Of a stretch of DNA of 64,000 nucleotides, positions 32,437 to 43,695 are shown piece after piece (the first letter of the stretch is position 1; each line of letters starts with the position of its first letter). The DNA is from Barthelona sp. PCE. Taxonomy: Eukaryota. The stretch covers positions 992,001 through 1,056,000 of the forward strand of contig JAUFOR010000002.1 of NCBI GenBank assembly GCA_040285745.1, written 5' to 3'. The notes beneath the pieces were generated by a model. That model saw only the letters and a list, made by a program, of their open reading frames with translations. It was not told the DNA's origin and did no database searches. Made by a program: the position numbers and the translations under genes.

Positions 32437-33495
32437 ATGGCAGAAAATTTAGCACGCAGACATCAATCGATCTCTGCAAACCACTGTCAGTTCTACCATG
32501 ATGTTGGGGCTTGTCGGCATGGAAACTCTTGCACTAGACAGCATATGGTGCCAACGATCAGTCGTTGTATTCTCATTCGAAAGATGTATGAGGATCCAAG
32601 TCGGCAGAGGTATGATCTGGAGGGCAATGCATTACCGGTTCTGAGCGATATGGGGGAGATAGAGGATCATTTTCTCGACTTTTACCAAGACGTCTGGTTC
32701 CAACTGATGGAGTTTGGAGAGATCGAGGAGATGATGGTTTCTCTGCACAACAAGGCCGATCATCTGAAGGGGAATGTATATCTTTTGTTTTTTACTCCTG
32801 AAGATGCCAAAAAAGCTCTTCTTGAGGGATTGAAGGGTCGTTGGTTCCGCCAAAAGCCGATCTTCGCCGAGTTCTGCCCGGTTACAGATATGAAAACGGC
32901 GAGATGTCCTGAGTTTGACATCGGTCAATGTAAGAGAGGCGATTTCTGTAACTACGTTCACGCTCAAGATCCAGACCCAGATCTGCTTGAACACCTCATA
33001 TCGGAGCAAAGAGAGTACTGGAAGTCTCGTGGTCGAGTGGATGATCCCCATCAGGGATTAAGAATACAGCGTGAAGAACAGAGACAAAGATACAGGCACA
33101 CTTTTGAACGAAAACAGGAGTTCAACAGACGGGTTTACCAGGAGCACTCTCGGCGGATGAACGATAAGCAGAGGTTTGAACAACCGCATCAGCAGAGACG
33201 ACAACAACCACAACATTTTCATCAGCAGTCTTTTCAGTCTCAGCAGTCTTACCAGCCGCAGAATAGGGTCAACCCACCACATTATCGTCCCAACCAGTCG
33301 CACAGAAACAGTAATGGTGCACCAAGACAGGATCGTCGTCAACATCACAATGGTTATCAGCATCAACAGTACCAACAGCATAGGCCACAACAAAGACAGC
33401 AACGTCCACCGCAGCAGTACCATCAGCCACGGAACACTGTTAGGAGACCAAATGAGTACGGGAATAATAACCGTAATACCGAATTTTTGTGGTAG
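32437..33495 (+). CDS. U2AF1: U2 snRNP auxiliary factor small subunit (U2AF35 family)
   Basis: CCCH 'CQFYHDVGACRHGNSCTRQH', UHM with 'HLKGNVY' and 'GRWF', second CCCH 'CPEFDIGQCKRGDFCNYVH'. Confidence 0.9.
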   Translation: MAENLARRHQSISANHCQFYHDVGACRHGNSCTRQHMVPTISRCILIRKMYEDPSRQRYDLEGNALPVLSDMGEIEDHFLDFYQDVWFQLMEFGEIEEMMVSLHNKADHLKGNVYLLFFTPEDAKKALLEGLKGRWFRQKPIFAEFCPVTDMKTARCPEFDIGQCKRGDFCNYVHAQDPDPDLLEHLISEQREYWKSRGRVDDPHQGLRIQREEQRQRYRHTFERKQEFNRRVYQEHSRRMNDKQRFEQPHQQRRQQPQHFHQQSFQSQQSYQPQNRVNPPHYRPNQSHRNSNGAPRQDRRQHHNGYQHQQYQQHRPQQRQQRPPQQYHQPRNTVRRPNEYGNNNRNTEFLW

Positions 33496-33548
33496 TAAAT
33501 TGTTTCACTTTTTTAACCTTTTTCTACATATATTGTGATAAAGTGGGG

Positions 33549-34502
33549 ATGCCAACATTGAGTGATAATGCACATTTGATTTTAAGCAAAATGTCGAGCT
33601 TTTCTCAGCAAGGTGCCAAGATTTCTTCGTTAAGAACAAAAGTGAACCTTGCACACTCGCAATTCGACGCAGCACTGTCGGAGTTGGAAGCTAATTTACA
33701 AATAGTTATCATTGCACAAACCACAGTTGCAATTTCACCATTTAGACAACGTCAGAGGGAAAACCCGTCAGAGGCAGAGATCGTTATCGTCAGGAGGCTC
33801 GCAGAGGCGGGAACAGGAGGTTATTTTTTGAAGGATTTGAGGAAAGTGTGTCAGTTGCCCACCAAAGATGCAAACGATGCTACAAAGACCCTTATCAACG
33901 AGAACATCATCAAGAAGGTACCCACTGTCAAATCAAAGAAGCTTCGACTCTACATGCTCTTCATGTTGGAACCGAGTATCGAACACACTGGAGGTGCATT
34001 TTACAACAGAGGAGAGTTTGACAGCGGATATGTGTACGCCGTGAAGGCAAAGCTCATTGAGATGATGACGAGACAGCAGTTACGTGATAAATCTAGTTGG
34101 CTTCTTACTGTACCTGCCATTCTTCAATGGTACGACTCATCACAGATCAGTTCTGTCCCCCTCAACGAAGAGAGTATGAGGGAGCTCCTGAACAGTATGG
34201 TATACGAAGGACTGCTTGTTGAGTATAACAATTGTTTTTTCCCATTATTGGATATGACGACATGTCCCAAGGGGAATCAGGAGATGTATGATGTATTCGA
34301 GCGCCGCCAGAAAACAGAGGCGGATGATATCGATGATAATGATATAGCTGGCACACATTTTCAGTCTGGACGACTGTGCTGCATGCGTTGCCCAGTCTTG
34401 CAACAGTGTGTATGTGATGTGGAGGCTGCAATAAGCCCTCACTCATGCCCTCTTTTGAAGGCACAGATTACAGACAATATATATACTAGTCAAGACAGAT
34501 AG
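33549..34502 (+). CDS. POLR3F: RNA polymerase III subunit C34/RPC6
   Basis: 'IIKKVPTVK...LYMLFMLEPSIEHTGGAFY..GEFD' and C-terminal Cys cluster 'CMRCPVLQQC...ISPHSC'. Confidence 0.85.
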   Translation: MPTLSDNAHLILSKMSSFSQQGAKISSLRTKVNLAHSQFDAALSELEANLQIVIIAQTTVAISPFRQRQRENPSEAEIVIVRRLAEAGTGGYFLKDLRKVCQLPTKDANDATKTLINENIIKKVPTVKSKKLRLYMLFMLEPSIEHTGGAFYNRGEFDSGYVYAVKAKLIEMMTRQQLRDKSSWLLTVPAILQWYDSSQISSVPLNEESMRELLNSMVYEGLLVEYNNCFFPLLDMTTCPKGNQEMYDVFERRQKTEADDIDDNDIAGTHFQSGRLCCMRCPVLQQCVCDVEAAISPHSCPLLKAQITDNIYTSQDR

Positions 34503-36744
34503 GCACTGAATCAATTCCGACACCGAGAATAAAGAGGTTTCCATCATGCACGAAGCACGCACGGGGTTTTCGGATCATCAACGATGCATATTGACGGATG
34601 GAACGATCTGCACTTATATAGTACACAAAACTGTCATCGCTAACCGCAAACACCCCTTCATCAACTGAACACACGCATCTAACACTTGCGAACCCGCACA
34701 TGACCGGATCATCGTCGAAATAAACGTTGTGACCGTCTGTTGCCTGCACCAAAACATCACCAAAAGTGCACATGTCGGTGACAGCACCATTACACTGTCG
34801 GACGAGCTCAACTTCTTCACCCACCGAGTAAACAGCACCAGAAGAGCACCCGAAATAAGCGATGTTTCCGTGAATATGTGCTGATAAGGCAACAGAAGAA
34901 AGTGTTGCAACACTACTCTGTGATGATTTTCGAAAAACGTTACCGCAACCAGTCGCGAACAATATATCGTCGTCAATAGCCACACCGCACGTGATACGGT
35001 GTTGCATTGTCCAAAAAGAAACTTTTGTTGTTGATATTGAAGCGATCCCCATATCACCCAAAACTATTACTCCTGCTTCGTTGGGTAATCCAATGACATA
35101 ATGCGGCTTGAAAGGTAGCTCGTAACTGCCTTTAATGTCTCCGTATATCAATAACCTGTTTTCTTGACGTGAAACGCCGAAATATATGTTTCCCATATTA
35201 TTCCCATGTTTAAAAACACAATGGGAGCTTACAACAATGCGTGATGCACTCATTGCCGGACTTAGGGTCTGTTTTATGAGCCTATGAGCCTTGGATTTGA
35301 AAGTTATAACAATCTCAGACTCAAAATCTTCTATAAGCAAGGGGTCCCCTATAGTTTTCAGGAATTCGTGATTAAAAATACATGCGCGACTCATGACATC
35401 AAAGACACCCTTGGTCGTGACAACAACCGGAAAGGATTCCTCAGCGACAACCATTGGACAAACACCTATCAAGCTGTCAAATCGCAACCATCCATTTTTG
35501 AAAAAAAGATCTTTTCCGCCACAAAATAGAGCAATTCCACACACCTCAACAACTTTTCTGGGTTTGAAATTGTCAACGCAGAGATTTATAGACCATTCAT
35601 CTGACTTTAAAAGAAAACCTCTACCGTTGGGTACTATCCCTGCCGTTTTGCTGTACCTGTTCTTCTTCGAAAATACAGAATCGCTTGCTATCAAGTGTTG
35701 TTCACGAATCCCAGTGTGTACGTCAAGTGTGATAACACTTTTATCAAAGAGGTCTCTCCCAATGACTTTTGACCCAGAAAGCGAAAGAAACGCCATCCTG
35801 CCACAGCTCAAGTCAGATATTTTTTCTCCGTCCCAGACGCTAATGTGCTCATTTTTAACGTTCGTTACTCCAAAAATTTCACCATTACTGTATGAAAACT
35901 TTACGAAACCTGAAGGGGCATCGATAGGATTGTGGGAACACTTGCCAGTTCCAATACTTAGCATATAAGCTCCACCATCTTTTAGACCAACCAAACACCT
36001 GTCACCAACAGTCTTTGCGCATGTTACGTTAACCTTACTGAGTTCAATCTGCCCCAATAGTTCCGCTGTGCAGCCGTTGATCTTCCACGCAGATACACAT
36101 CCCTGCATATCACCAATTATGGCGTATTGTCCAACAAGTGCAGCATGCGTTAACTTCATGTTATGACCATGAAACTCAGAGTTTTCTCCTGTTTCAAGGT
36201 CTACAACACACACAGTTCTACTTTCCCCACAAAGGACACATAAATTTTCAGAAATCGCAATGTCAAAGACAAACCCAGTTATGCAAACATTAATTTGTCG
36301 TTCAAAGCCACCAACGACCGACCGAATGGACAGAAATCCACCTAGGACGCATACTGAGCACAGGGACCCATCAATATAACCGAGCTTATGCTTGAAGGAT
36401 ATTTGATTGTGTAGTTCAAGCATTCTTTCAATAGTTTCAGCAACGGTATCAACTTTAATAACTACACCGTTAAGGTAGGCAATGTAAATTTCAGTCCCTA
36501 CAGTCACAGTATCTGAAATTAATGAAAAAGTGAACGGAAGTGTGATTGAAAGGCCAGAGTCCAGCATATGAACACGTTTAGGCGTTATTACAGCCATCAG
36601 ATCGCATGAAATACCAAAAATAACTTCCCTAAATGGAAGAACCCACAAGTTAGAATCAGAAATGCGAAGCACTCTATTTGAAGAGCTTATAAAAACATCA
36701 TGCAGATTATCAAACGCATCTGCAGCCCTTATTGCCCCTTGCAT
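34486..36744 (-). CDS. Divergent WD40/beta-propeller protein, possibly WDR6/Trm734-like
   Basis: 'LCGESRTVCVVD...FHGHN', 'SDDSFVY' and repeated short beta-strand pattern. Confidence 0.6.
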   Translation of the reverse strand: MQGAIRAADAFDNLHDVFISSSNRVLRISDSNLWVLPFREVIFGISCDLMAVITPKRVHMLDSGLSITLPFTFSLISDTVTVGTEIYIAYLNGVVIKVDTVAETIERMLELHNQISFKHKLGYIDGSLCSVCVLGGFLSIRSVVGGFERQINVCITGFVFDIAISENLCVLCGESRTVCVVDLETGENSEFHGHNMKLTHAALVGQYAIIGDMQGCVSAWKINGCTAELLGQIELSKVNVTCAKTVGDRCLVGLKDGGAYMLSIGTGKCSHNPIDAPSGFVKFSYSNGEIFGVTNVKNEHISVWDGEKISDLSCGRMAFLSLSGSKVIGRDLFDKSVITLDVHTGIREQHLIASDSVFSKKNRYSKTAGIVPNGRGFLLKSDEWSINLCVDNFKPRKVVEVCGIALFCGGKDLFFKNGWLRFDSLIGVCPMVVAEESFPVVVTTKGVFDVMSRACIFNHEFLKTIGDPLLIEDFESEIVITFKSKAHRLIKQTLSPAMSASRIVVSSHCVFKHGNNMGNIYFGVSRQENRLLIYGDIKGSYELPFKPHYVIGLPNEAGVIVLGDMGIASISTTKVSFWTMQHRITCGVAIDDDILFATGCGNVFRKSSQSSVATLSSVALSAHIHGNIAYFGCSSGAVYSVGEEVELVRQCNGAVTDMCTFGDVLVQATDGHNVYFDDDPVMCGFASVRCVCSVDEGVFAVSDDSFVYYISADRSIRQYASLMIRKPRACFVHDGNLFILGVGIDSVPICLD

Positions 36745-36821
36745 TTGAATGGAAAAGGATTAAAAATTGGATCTATTTTATTGTGGGTATATACAAATTC
36801 TGATGATATAATACACATTGG

Positions 36822-37628
36822 TCAGCTTGAAAACAGCCCAATTATGCGAGACATACCTAATGCACTAGATTTTCTGGTCACTTCAGCTTCCTGCACATAC
36901 GAGCTTGACCACACCATGTCTGCTTGTAGTCTATAATATCTCATAGCACATTCAATGATACCTGCCATTTCTTTTGTCACCTTTCTGTGTATTGTAGGCG
37001 ATTCTATAGTCTCATTATTAGAAATTTTTGGTTTATATGTTTTAAACGAACAAAAGTCTGAATTCATCTTCTCTTTCAACGTTAAGTTCTCCGGATCAAC
37101 ACCTTCCTCTGTGAATAGCCTGATTGCGAAAGTTTGATTGCCGTTACTGTCATATTCAAAACGATTACTAAATACAGGTCCCCAGACCATCCTGCAAATA
37201 TCTGTGATGTGTGTTATAGTTGCTTTCACCAATACTCCAGCGCTGTTTGTCTTTATGTGATAAACACGGCGAGTTGTAATTAAGATAATTCTTTCTTGCT
37301 CAACATCCCATTGGTTTATAGCCAGAACACGGTATCCTTTAATAAAATCCTCGTCGCTCTGCACCAGGGAATCCCTTAAATCCCTCATTATTTCGATATA
37401 TTCTGTGTTTGATGGTGTGTAAAAGCATTGTGTTTTATCTTCTTCTAAGAGTTTTATAACCTGTTCAACGTCCCCCAACTGCACATAAGAGTCAAATAAA
37501 GTCTGTAAATGTGCAGAATTCTTTGCCAAATTGGATAACGTTTCAGAAAAATTAACTGAATGTGTTGTTTCTGGTCGAATGTCTGCAGGGCCCCTCGATG
37601 ACATCCCATGGGGCAGTTGTGATGTCAT
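36822..37628 (-). CDS. hSac2-domain (TPRG1-like) protein
   Basis: 'INQWDVEQERIILITTRRVYHIK' resembles the hSac2 motif. Confidence 0.6.
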   Translation of the reverse strand: MTSQLPHGMSSRGPADIRPETTHSVNFSETLSNLAKNSAHLQTLFDSYVQLGDVEQVIKLLEEDKTQCFYTPSNTEYIEIMRDLRDSLVQSDEDFIKGYRVLAINQWDVEQERIILITTRRVYHIKTNSAGVLVKATITHITDICRMVWGPVFSNRFEYDSNGNQTFAIRLFTEEGVDPENLTLKEKMNSDFCSFKTYKPKISNNETIESPTIHRKVTKEMAGIIECAMRYYRLQADMVWSSSYVQEAEVTRKSSALGMSRIIGLFSS

Positions 37629-37942
37629 TTTGCAAATATATATGCTGAAAGGAAAATGAAATGGTGAAAGTTTTGTTTATCACTGTTTTATTCTTTAGAT
37701 TGCATATCATCGTTTTTTAACTGCAGGGCAGAGGTGGTTTGTCGATGAATATTGCGAATATTTGTGAATTGTATTGACAGAAATTTGCGCAGGTGAGTTT
37801 TTAAAAGGTTATATTATGTGAATTTTTATCGTCAAAGCTGACAGCAAAAGTTGATTAATTTTTTTGTTTCCTTTGTTAAGATGTTTTTACATATTTTCCT
37901 TTTTTCTTGAAATTCATTTCAGTTTCGATAGTTTAATTGAAA

Positions 37943-38308
37943 ATGGCACAACCCATACCACATGCTCAGCTTACAGATCTTATGAAAAGGGCTGGAATTG
38001 CTCAAAATCCCAATTCATTGCAAGAATTCACTATTCATCATAAATTAAAGAAGTCCCTCATAGATTTACCCTCAAATGTCTCATTTACACAGTTTTTTCT
38101 TTTCTGTGAAGGTCTTTTCGGAGAAACGCAGTCAGATTTGAGCATTATTTTGGTTACCGTTGACAGCAACGAAGAAGAACTTGAACGTATTCCTATTGTT
38201 ACTCGCTTTGAGTTCGAGAGTGCATTGACCTCAATCGGAGGTGTGAAAGATGGACATAAGTGTATCTTTATTTTAGAAGAGGCACCTAGAAAAGGATGTT
38301 GTTGTTAA
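37943..38308 (+). CDS. Small protein with C-terminal lipidation-like motif
   Basis: Ends 'PRKGCCC*'; PB1/ubiquitin-like pattern possible. Confidence 0.6.
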   Translation: MAQPIPHAQLTDLMKRAGIAQNPNSLQEFTIHHKLKKSLIDLPSNVSFTQFFLFCEGLFGETQSDLSIILVTVDSNEEELERIPIVTRFEFESALTSIGGVKDGHKCIFILEEAPRKGCCC

Positions 38309-38566
38309 AGTCATGTGTTTTTGTTTGCATAGCCTTGTAAATTAAGTAACTTGTCGATTATTTCAGGTTACCGTAGATTTTTTTGTTTTGATGAATGAAA
38401 TGCAGGTTGCGATTTTTCTGCAATTGTTAAAAATTCATTAGTGTAAATGTGTCTGTGAGCATGATCGAACAATGATTGACCTTATAATAGTAATAGAAAC
38501 TATTTGTTTTCCAAATATCTCCCCTTTCAAATTGAACGAGATTAATTCTCTAGAAATGCTTTGATC

Positions 38567-39259
38567 ATGACTTATACCATTCCTACACACACAACAAACA
38601 TATCCATCGCCCATATAGACTTTAATCCGTTGGATGTTTCTCCTCAAGCTAAAAGCAGTCCTATCCGGAGTGCTAACAAGGCTGAACGGCTACGAAAGCT
38701 CAGGATACAGTCTCTCCATCGTGAAAAACAGCGTAAAATTGAAGAAGCAAGGGAATATGGACAAAAAACAAAGTTATTAGCAAATGCTATTCGAAAACGT
38801 GAGTCAGATGCAAAGAAAAGACGAGTACGGAATTTTAAGCAGTCTTTAAAAGCTTCTAAGATGTGTTTTCAACAAATTAATTTGAGGAAGAAATCGCAGT
38901 CTGATGAAAGAGCTCGTCCTCACACGTCCATGGGGTTCTCCAGAAACGCACCCCAAGTGTCAGATGTCATGACAGACTTTGAGTTGGAAGAGAAATTCCC
39001 GACTATGATGTTCAATTTTAACACAGAAGATCGAGTTTATCCCAGTCGTGCATTTGTTCCTGCCGCAGCAACTAGTTATGGAGGGGGTTTTACACTGAAC
39101 TGCTATAATGCAAAACGAAAAATGCAGAAAAAAGCAGTGTTCAGTCCTCCAAAGCGACCAAAAACGAGCAAAAAGAAGCGTAGACCACGTCCAAGGACAG
39201 CATCAAGACAAAATATTGACCATTATATTCGACAAAGGCCTCAATCAAGTCTTCTGTAG
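38567..39259 (+). CDS. Basic low-complexity hypothetical protein
   Basis: K/R-rich with repeated RP.T/S motifs. Confidence 0.6.
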   Translation: MTYTIPTHTTNISIAHIDFNPLDVSPQAKSSPIRSANKAERLRKLRIQSLHREKQRKIEEAREYGQKTKLLANAIRKRESDAKKRRVRNFKQSLKASKMCFQQINLRKKSQSDERARPHTSMGFSRNAPQVSDVMTDFELEEKFPTMMFNFNTEDRVYPSRAFVPAAATSYGGGFTLNCYNAKRKMQKKAVFSPPKRPKTSKKKRRPRPRTASRQNIDHYIRQRPQSSLL

Positions 39260-39327
39260 TGTAAAAATATAATTCCCTTGCATTCCTTTACAATTCCTTT
39301 TCAATATACTTTACATTAATAAGTAGG

Positions 39328-39642
39328 ATGTCCGCACACATTAATGAACAAGATCACGTACCGGAAGACTTTTCAAACGATCTTATGTCTTTTCTTACAA
39401 AATACGTTCGTCCGGGATTTTCTCATCGTTTAGAGATTTTTCTCAAGATTCTTCTTGGTTTTGTCGTGGTTATGTTGTTCTTTTACAGGTTAATGTTTCC
39501 ACCAGAGCTTCGTATCGCTGCAGATATCATGTTTGGCATTTCTATCGTTTTAATGGTTGCTGTCTTCCTCTTCGCACGTCTCTACAGGAAGAGCATCCAC
39601 ATAGACCACTCATTTGATGAAATCAAAGAGAAAAAAGAATAA
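39328..39642 (+). CDS. Small two-TM protein, possibly Pkr1-like
   Basis: 'YVRPGF' followed by two TM helices and a charged KEKKE tail. Confidence 0.5.
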   Translation: MSAHINEQDHVPEDFSNDLMSFLTKYVRPGFSHRLEIFLKILLGFVVVMLFFYRLMFPPELRIAADIMFGISIVLMVAVFLFARLYRKSIHIDHSFDEIKEKKE

Positions 39643-39680
39643 ATTTCACCAAATCGAAATTTCGAAATCTTGCTTTTTTA

Positions 39681-41111
39681 TTATTCATATTTAGCAAGGA
39701 AAGTGGCATGGAAGTTTCTAATGTTACCCAAGAAAACATCAAACTTCTCTTCAGCGGGGAGAATAGTGCACCTCAAATGGTAGGTTCCTTCAACTTGTTT
39801 AAACCCAGAACCAGGTACAGCACATACACCGGTGGAATGCAGCAACTCAAGAGCATAAAGCATATCGGGAGCGACACCTTCTTTCTCAGCAGCAACGATT
39901 GCACCTTGAGGCATGGTGATTTTTGGGAAAGAGTACATAGAGCCCTGTACAGTCTGGCAAGTGACGCCAGGAAGGCTGTTCCAGAACTCAGTGAGACGAG
40001 CTGCGCGACGCTTGTAGCTTTCACTGAGTGCTGTGATCTCTGTGTTGCATGACTCATATGAAGTATCACCGGGTTTGGGAAGGGAACACATGCAAGCGAC
40101 AGCGATCTGGCCGTCAATGTTAGGGCAGAGACGGACACTGCTGAGCTTATAGATGAGTGACAGGAACTCCTCAGGGAAGTTGATATACTCACCATAGCCA
40201 CCTCGACGGCCGCATTCACCAAAGTATCCTTTGGAAGTAGAGTGGAAAGAAGCAAGGCGGCACTGGTCACGGTATTCGCTCTCAAACAAAACTTGGCGGA
40301 ATGAAGTCCATTCGCCCTGATAAATGTTCATCTGGTAAACCTCATCAGCCAACAGGAGGATGTCATTATCAACACAAAACTTAATGATCTCCAGCTGGGC
40401 TTGGCGGGTGAGAACTTGACCAGTAGGATTGCCGGGATTAATGACAACCATGGCACGGGGGTTGATGTTGTTATCTTTGGCATATTTCAAGGCGTTGCTC
40501 AAAGGAGTGAGGTCTCCGATACCCCAACCGTCCTCTTCAATGAGGTAGTAGGGCACCAGAGAGCCACCGTTAAGAGCAATGGAGGCGGAGTAGAGAGGGT
40601 ATTGAGGAATGGGAGTTAGAATACCGTCTTGAGGTCCTCTGATAATGGTTTGCAGGAGAGATTGGATTGCAGGTGATGCGCCGTCTGTGAAGAAAATATG
40701 GTCACGGTTGACCTCTCCCTTAGGAAGGCTGTCACGGTTTTCGATGAAATCTCCAACATACTCACGGAGAGCAGCGTGGCCCTTTGAGTGTGTGTAAGCG
40801 GCGGTGCGTGGGATGTCGGCCAGAATTTCGCGTGCCCTGGCGGTCACGTCCTCGGGATAAGGGGAATTCTCAAGCAAATTAGGATCATTGACCAAAGCAA
40901 GAAGTTGACGGTAAAATGTGATTGGCTGCTGGCCTAAAGCAGCAGGATTGCCAATATTACAAAAGTAAACTTCATCAAAAGGTAAACCGTGGTTGGGGGT
41001 CTTGACCTTTTTGGCAAGCTCGCCAGCTTCTATGGCGATTCGACCACGGACTGCGTACTGTGCGTTGACTACGCCCTGGTTAAGCTCATTGTTGTCGAAA
41101 ATAAAAGACAT
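39681..41111 (-). CDS. GPT: Alanine aminotransferase
   Basis: 'YAVRG', 'CNIGNP', 'INPGNPTGQV', 'ADEVYQ', PLP-Lys motif 'SFHSTSKGYFGECGRRGG'. Confidence 0.95.
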   Translation of the reverse strand: MSFIFDNNELNQGVVNAQYAVRGRIAIEAGELAKKVKTPNHGLPFDEVYFCNIGNPAALGQQPITFYRQLLALVNDPNLLENSPYPEDVTARAREILADIPRTAAYTHSKGHAALREYVGDFIENRDSLPKGEVNRDHIFFTDGASPAIQSLLQTIIRGPQDGILTPIPQYPLYSASIALNGGSLVPYYLIEEDGWGIGDLTPLSNALKYAKDNNINPRAMVVINPGNPTGQVLTRQAQLEIIKFCVDNDILLLADEVYQMNIYQGEWTSFRQVLFESEYRDQCRLASFHSTSKGYFGECGRRGGYGEYINFPEEFLSLIYKLSSVRLCPNIDGQIAVACMCSLPKPGDTSYESCNTEITALSESYKRRAARLTEFWNSLPGVTCQTVQGSMYSFPKITMPQGAIVAAEKEGVAPDMLYALELLHSTGVCAVPGSGFKQVEGTYHLRCTILPAEEKFDVFLGNIRNFHATFLAKYE

Positions 41112-41383
41112 GTGAAGAAAGTGGTGAAATAATAATCTCCAGGTGAAGTAGATATAATGACCACCTGAATTGCATCTTTAGCCTTGGATTATCCACAAAG
41201 TACTTGATAATTGTTCAATAACCTAAAGATGACCTCTCAAAGATAGGAACAATCCTGTTTTTTTGCTTATTTCAATGTTTTACACAGAGAAACCTTTGCT
41301 AATCGCCATATTGTCTGCAGATTTCCTGCAGATTCTCTGTTTAGCGATATGTTTCTGCAGTATCTTTTTTGTGCATTATTTTT

Positions 41384-43003
41384 ATGGCAAAGGTTTTTCC
41401 TGAAGGGCTTGGCATTTTTTTGAGCGAGGAATGTGGGGTTTGCACAAATTTAGTTCTTGTGAACAAGCAAGAATTATTACCACATTCAACTCTTCATGAG
41501 ATGCTTGAAAGGGGAAATACAATTGTTCCCGTGCTTCACTCGGATATGTATTGCGAGCTTGTTCGAGATGAACATGTTCTACGGTATTTTAGGATAGATG
41601 ATAGTATGAATTGCATATTTTCACATGAACATAATATTTTAAAGCATAAAATGTCCATGAAAACAGTGAAAAAGGGCTATTTGTTAGGAAATAATTGGTT
41701 TTCTATGAAAAATAACGATGTGATTGCATTTTTTAACTTTGTTGATGGTAGGCGAATGAGAAGTGAAGGTTTTAATTTACTGAACAGACTATCCAGCGCA
41801 ACGGTCGGTGGCCACTCTGCAGTGCTTATGTTTAACAAATATAGGCAATGATATTGATATAGTTGATATTGTGGACAGTTGTTCAACCGAAGGAGCTACC
41901 ACTGTGGGTTGCACGGACAGAAAGCTCCAGGCCATTTTTGGTGTTGAGGAACCGTTTTTTGTTGACGATAGAGGAGAAAGAAAGGGAAAGAAGTGGATGA
42001 ATTTTTTTTGCTTCAATTTGAAGAATATGCTGTGATGGGAACGCCCCCAATGACAGGGAAGCTCATCGGTATGCAGCCTGGTGATGATTTTATAAGCGTT
42101 GACGAGCATGTTCGGATCAAAGATGGGTTGATGCTCGTTAACAGTTGTGTTATTGATTTCGAGACAAAAACACTGTTAACAGGGTATCCCACATGCAAAA
42201 AAGACGGAGATGGGGGTATCACAGTGTGGACATCTACATGTATATCTCGCTTGCAGAATAGAGTGTTTTTGAATATTAGACCATATCAGCAGGAGGAAGT
42301 AATGCTTGCAATGTCGGCCGGTGATACCATATATCGCATTGGATCACGACTGTTTTACAACGGGGAAGAGGTGGACCGATACAGCAATCGAGAAATATTA
42401 TCGGCTTCGATTGTTGGTGATACAGCTTTTATCCTTATCCAGGCAGAGGACCTGATGTTAAGTGTGCGTCATATGAGCGAGGGATTACCAGAGAAGTATT
42501 TGGTGTCCCATGTGTTCTGTGACACCAGACGAGCAACTTTTACTTTGCATTGTAACCCATTCAGCTCTGATATGTTTTTGGTAGAAGTCATGTACACGAT
42601 TAGTCGAGAAAAAGAAATGCATTTGGTCAGGTTTGCAAAAGAAACTGAATCTTTTGTTTTTGAACCGTTATCAGTAACATACTTTGATAAATATGATCCA
42701 TTCTTTATTGGACCCAGAACAATGATATGGGGAGACATTGTTAATGTGAATGGCAATGTGCTTTATGATAACTGCTCTTTTATTGACATGGATCTTGATC
42801 TTTGGGATATATCATTACCCGAAAGGATGTGGATGCGCCACAGCAATGAGCTTTGCATCCTAGAAGGTATGAAACTGCATGATTTGCAGATTTTTGTTTT
42901 TGTTTTTGAGGTGATGGAAAATAAGGTTGAATTTGTTCGTAAAGAGCAGATAAGTCTATTGCAGATAGAGTCAGACGATTGGTATATTAATAAAATGATT
43001 TGA
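41384..43003 (+). pseudogene. Lineage-specific gene broken into three consecutive frames
   Basis: Overlapping ORFs 41384-41851, 41808-42035 and 41972-43003 on the same strand with similar composition. Confidence 0.5.
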
Positions 43004-43058
43004 TGGAGTGTTTGTCAAATTTTCTTCCTTTTTTCGCTTTTATACTTTTCAAAGCACG

Positions 43059-43631
43059 ATGAGCACCAACAAACTTAAGATTTGTCTCGTTGGAGACAGC
43101 GCAGCAGGGAAAACTGCATTATTAGAGTTCTTTCTTTTTGGACGGGACCACAAAGTACTTTCAGAACAATCAACAACCGGCGTTGACATGTTCGAGTTTA
43201 CATACAAGAAGGATGGTGTCGATTGGCTTATAGAGTTTTGGGATGCAGCTGGTCAAGATGATTATGATCCCTATCATCCAAGTTTCTTCTTTTGCTCGGA
43301 TTGTTGTATATTTTGCTTTGATTCCGTGAGAAGAATCACATATAAGAACCTTAAACAATGGTATAGAGATATGATTTCTATAGCTACAACAGGTTCAATT
43401 CCGTGTTTCGTTTTTTGCAATAAGGTTGATTTAAACCCTGATGCAACGAAGCGTACGTACAAGTTTGCTACAGAACGTAATTTTCCATTGTTCTTTACGA
43501 GTGCCGCCGATGGTACAAATGTTGTTCAAGGTTTCACAACGGCTATCGATGAAGCAATCAGGATGCGAGCAGAGCGTGAGGCGGGTAATGTTGATGATTT
43601 AGTTAGAGATGTGATGGATGTATTGGAATAG
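43059..43631 (+). CDS. RABL2: Rab-like GTPase RABL2
   Basis: 'GDSAAGKT', 'WDAAGQ', 'RRITYKNLKQWY', 'NKVD', 'TSAADGTNVV'; no C-terminal prenylation Cys. Confidence 0.85.
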   Translation: MSTNKLKICLVGDSAAGKTALLEFFLFGRDHKVLSEQSTTGVDMFEFTYKKDGVDWLIEFWDAAGQDDYDPYHPSFFFCSDCCIFCFDSVRRITYKNLKQWYRDMISIATTGSIPCFVFCNKVDLNPDATKRTYKFATERNFPLFFTSAADGTNVVQGFTTAIDEAIRMRAEREAGNVDDLVRDVMDVLE

Positions 43632-43695
43632 TAAAAACAGTGATATTATTATTATTTAGCTTTTCAACAAAGGGCATACAGCTTTTTTGCGTGTT

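Noticed and set aside
37793-37922. CAG|GTGAGT...TTTCAG as a possible 5'-UTR intron
   Set aside because: It joins no coding frames and can arise by chance in T-rich intergenic DNA; needs RNA data
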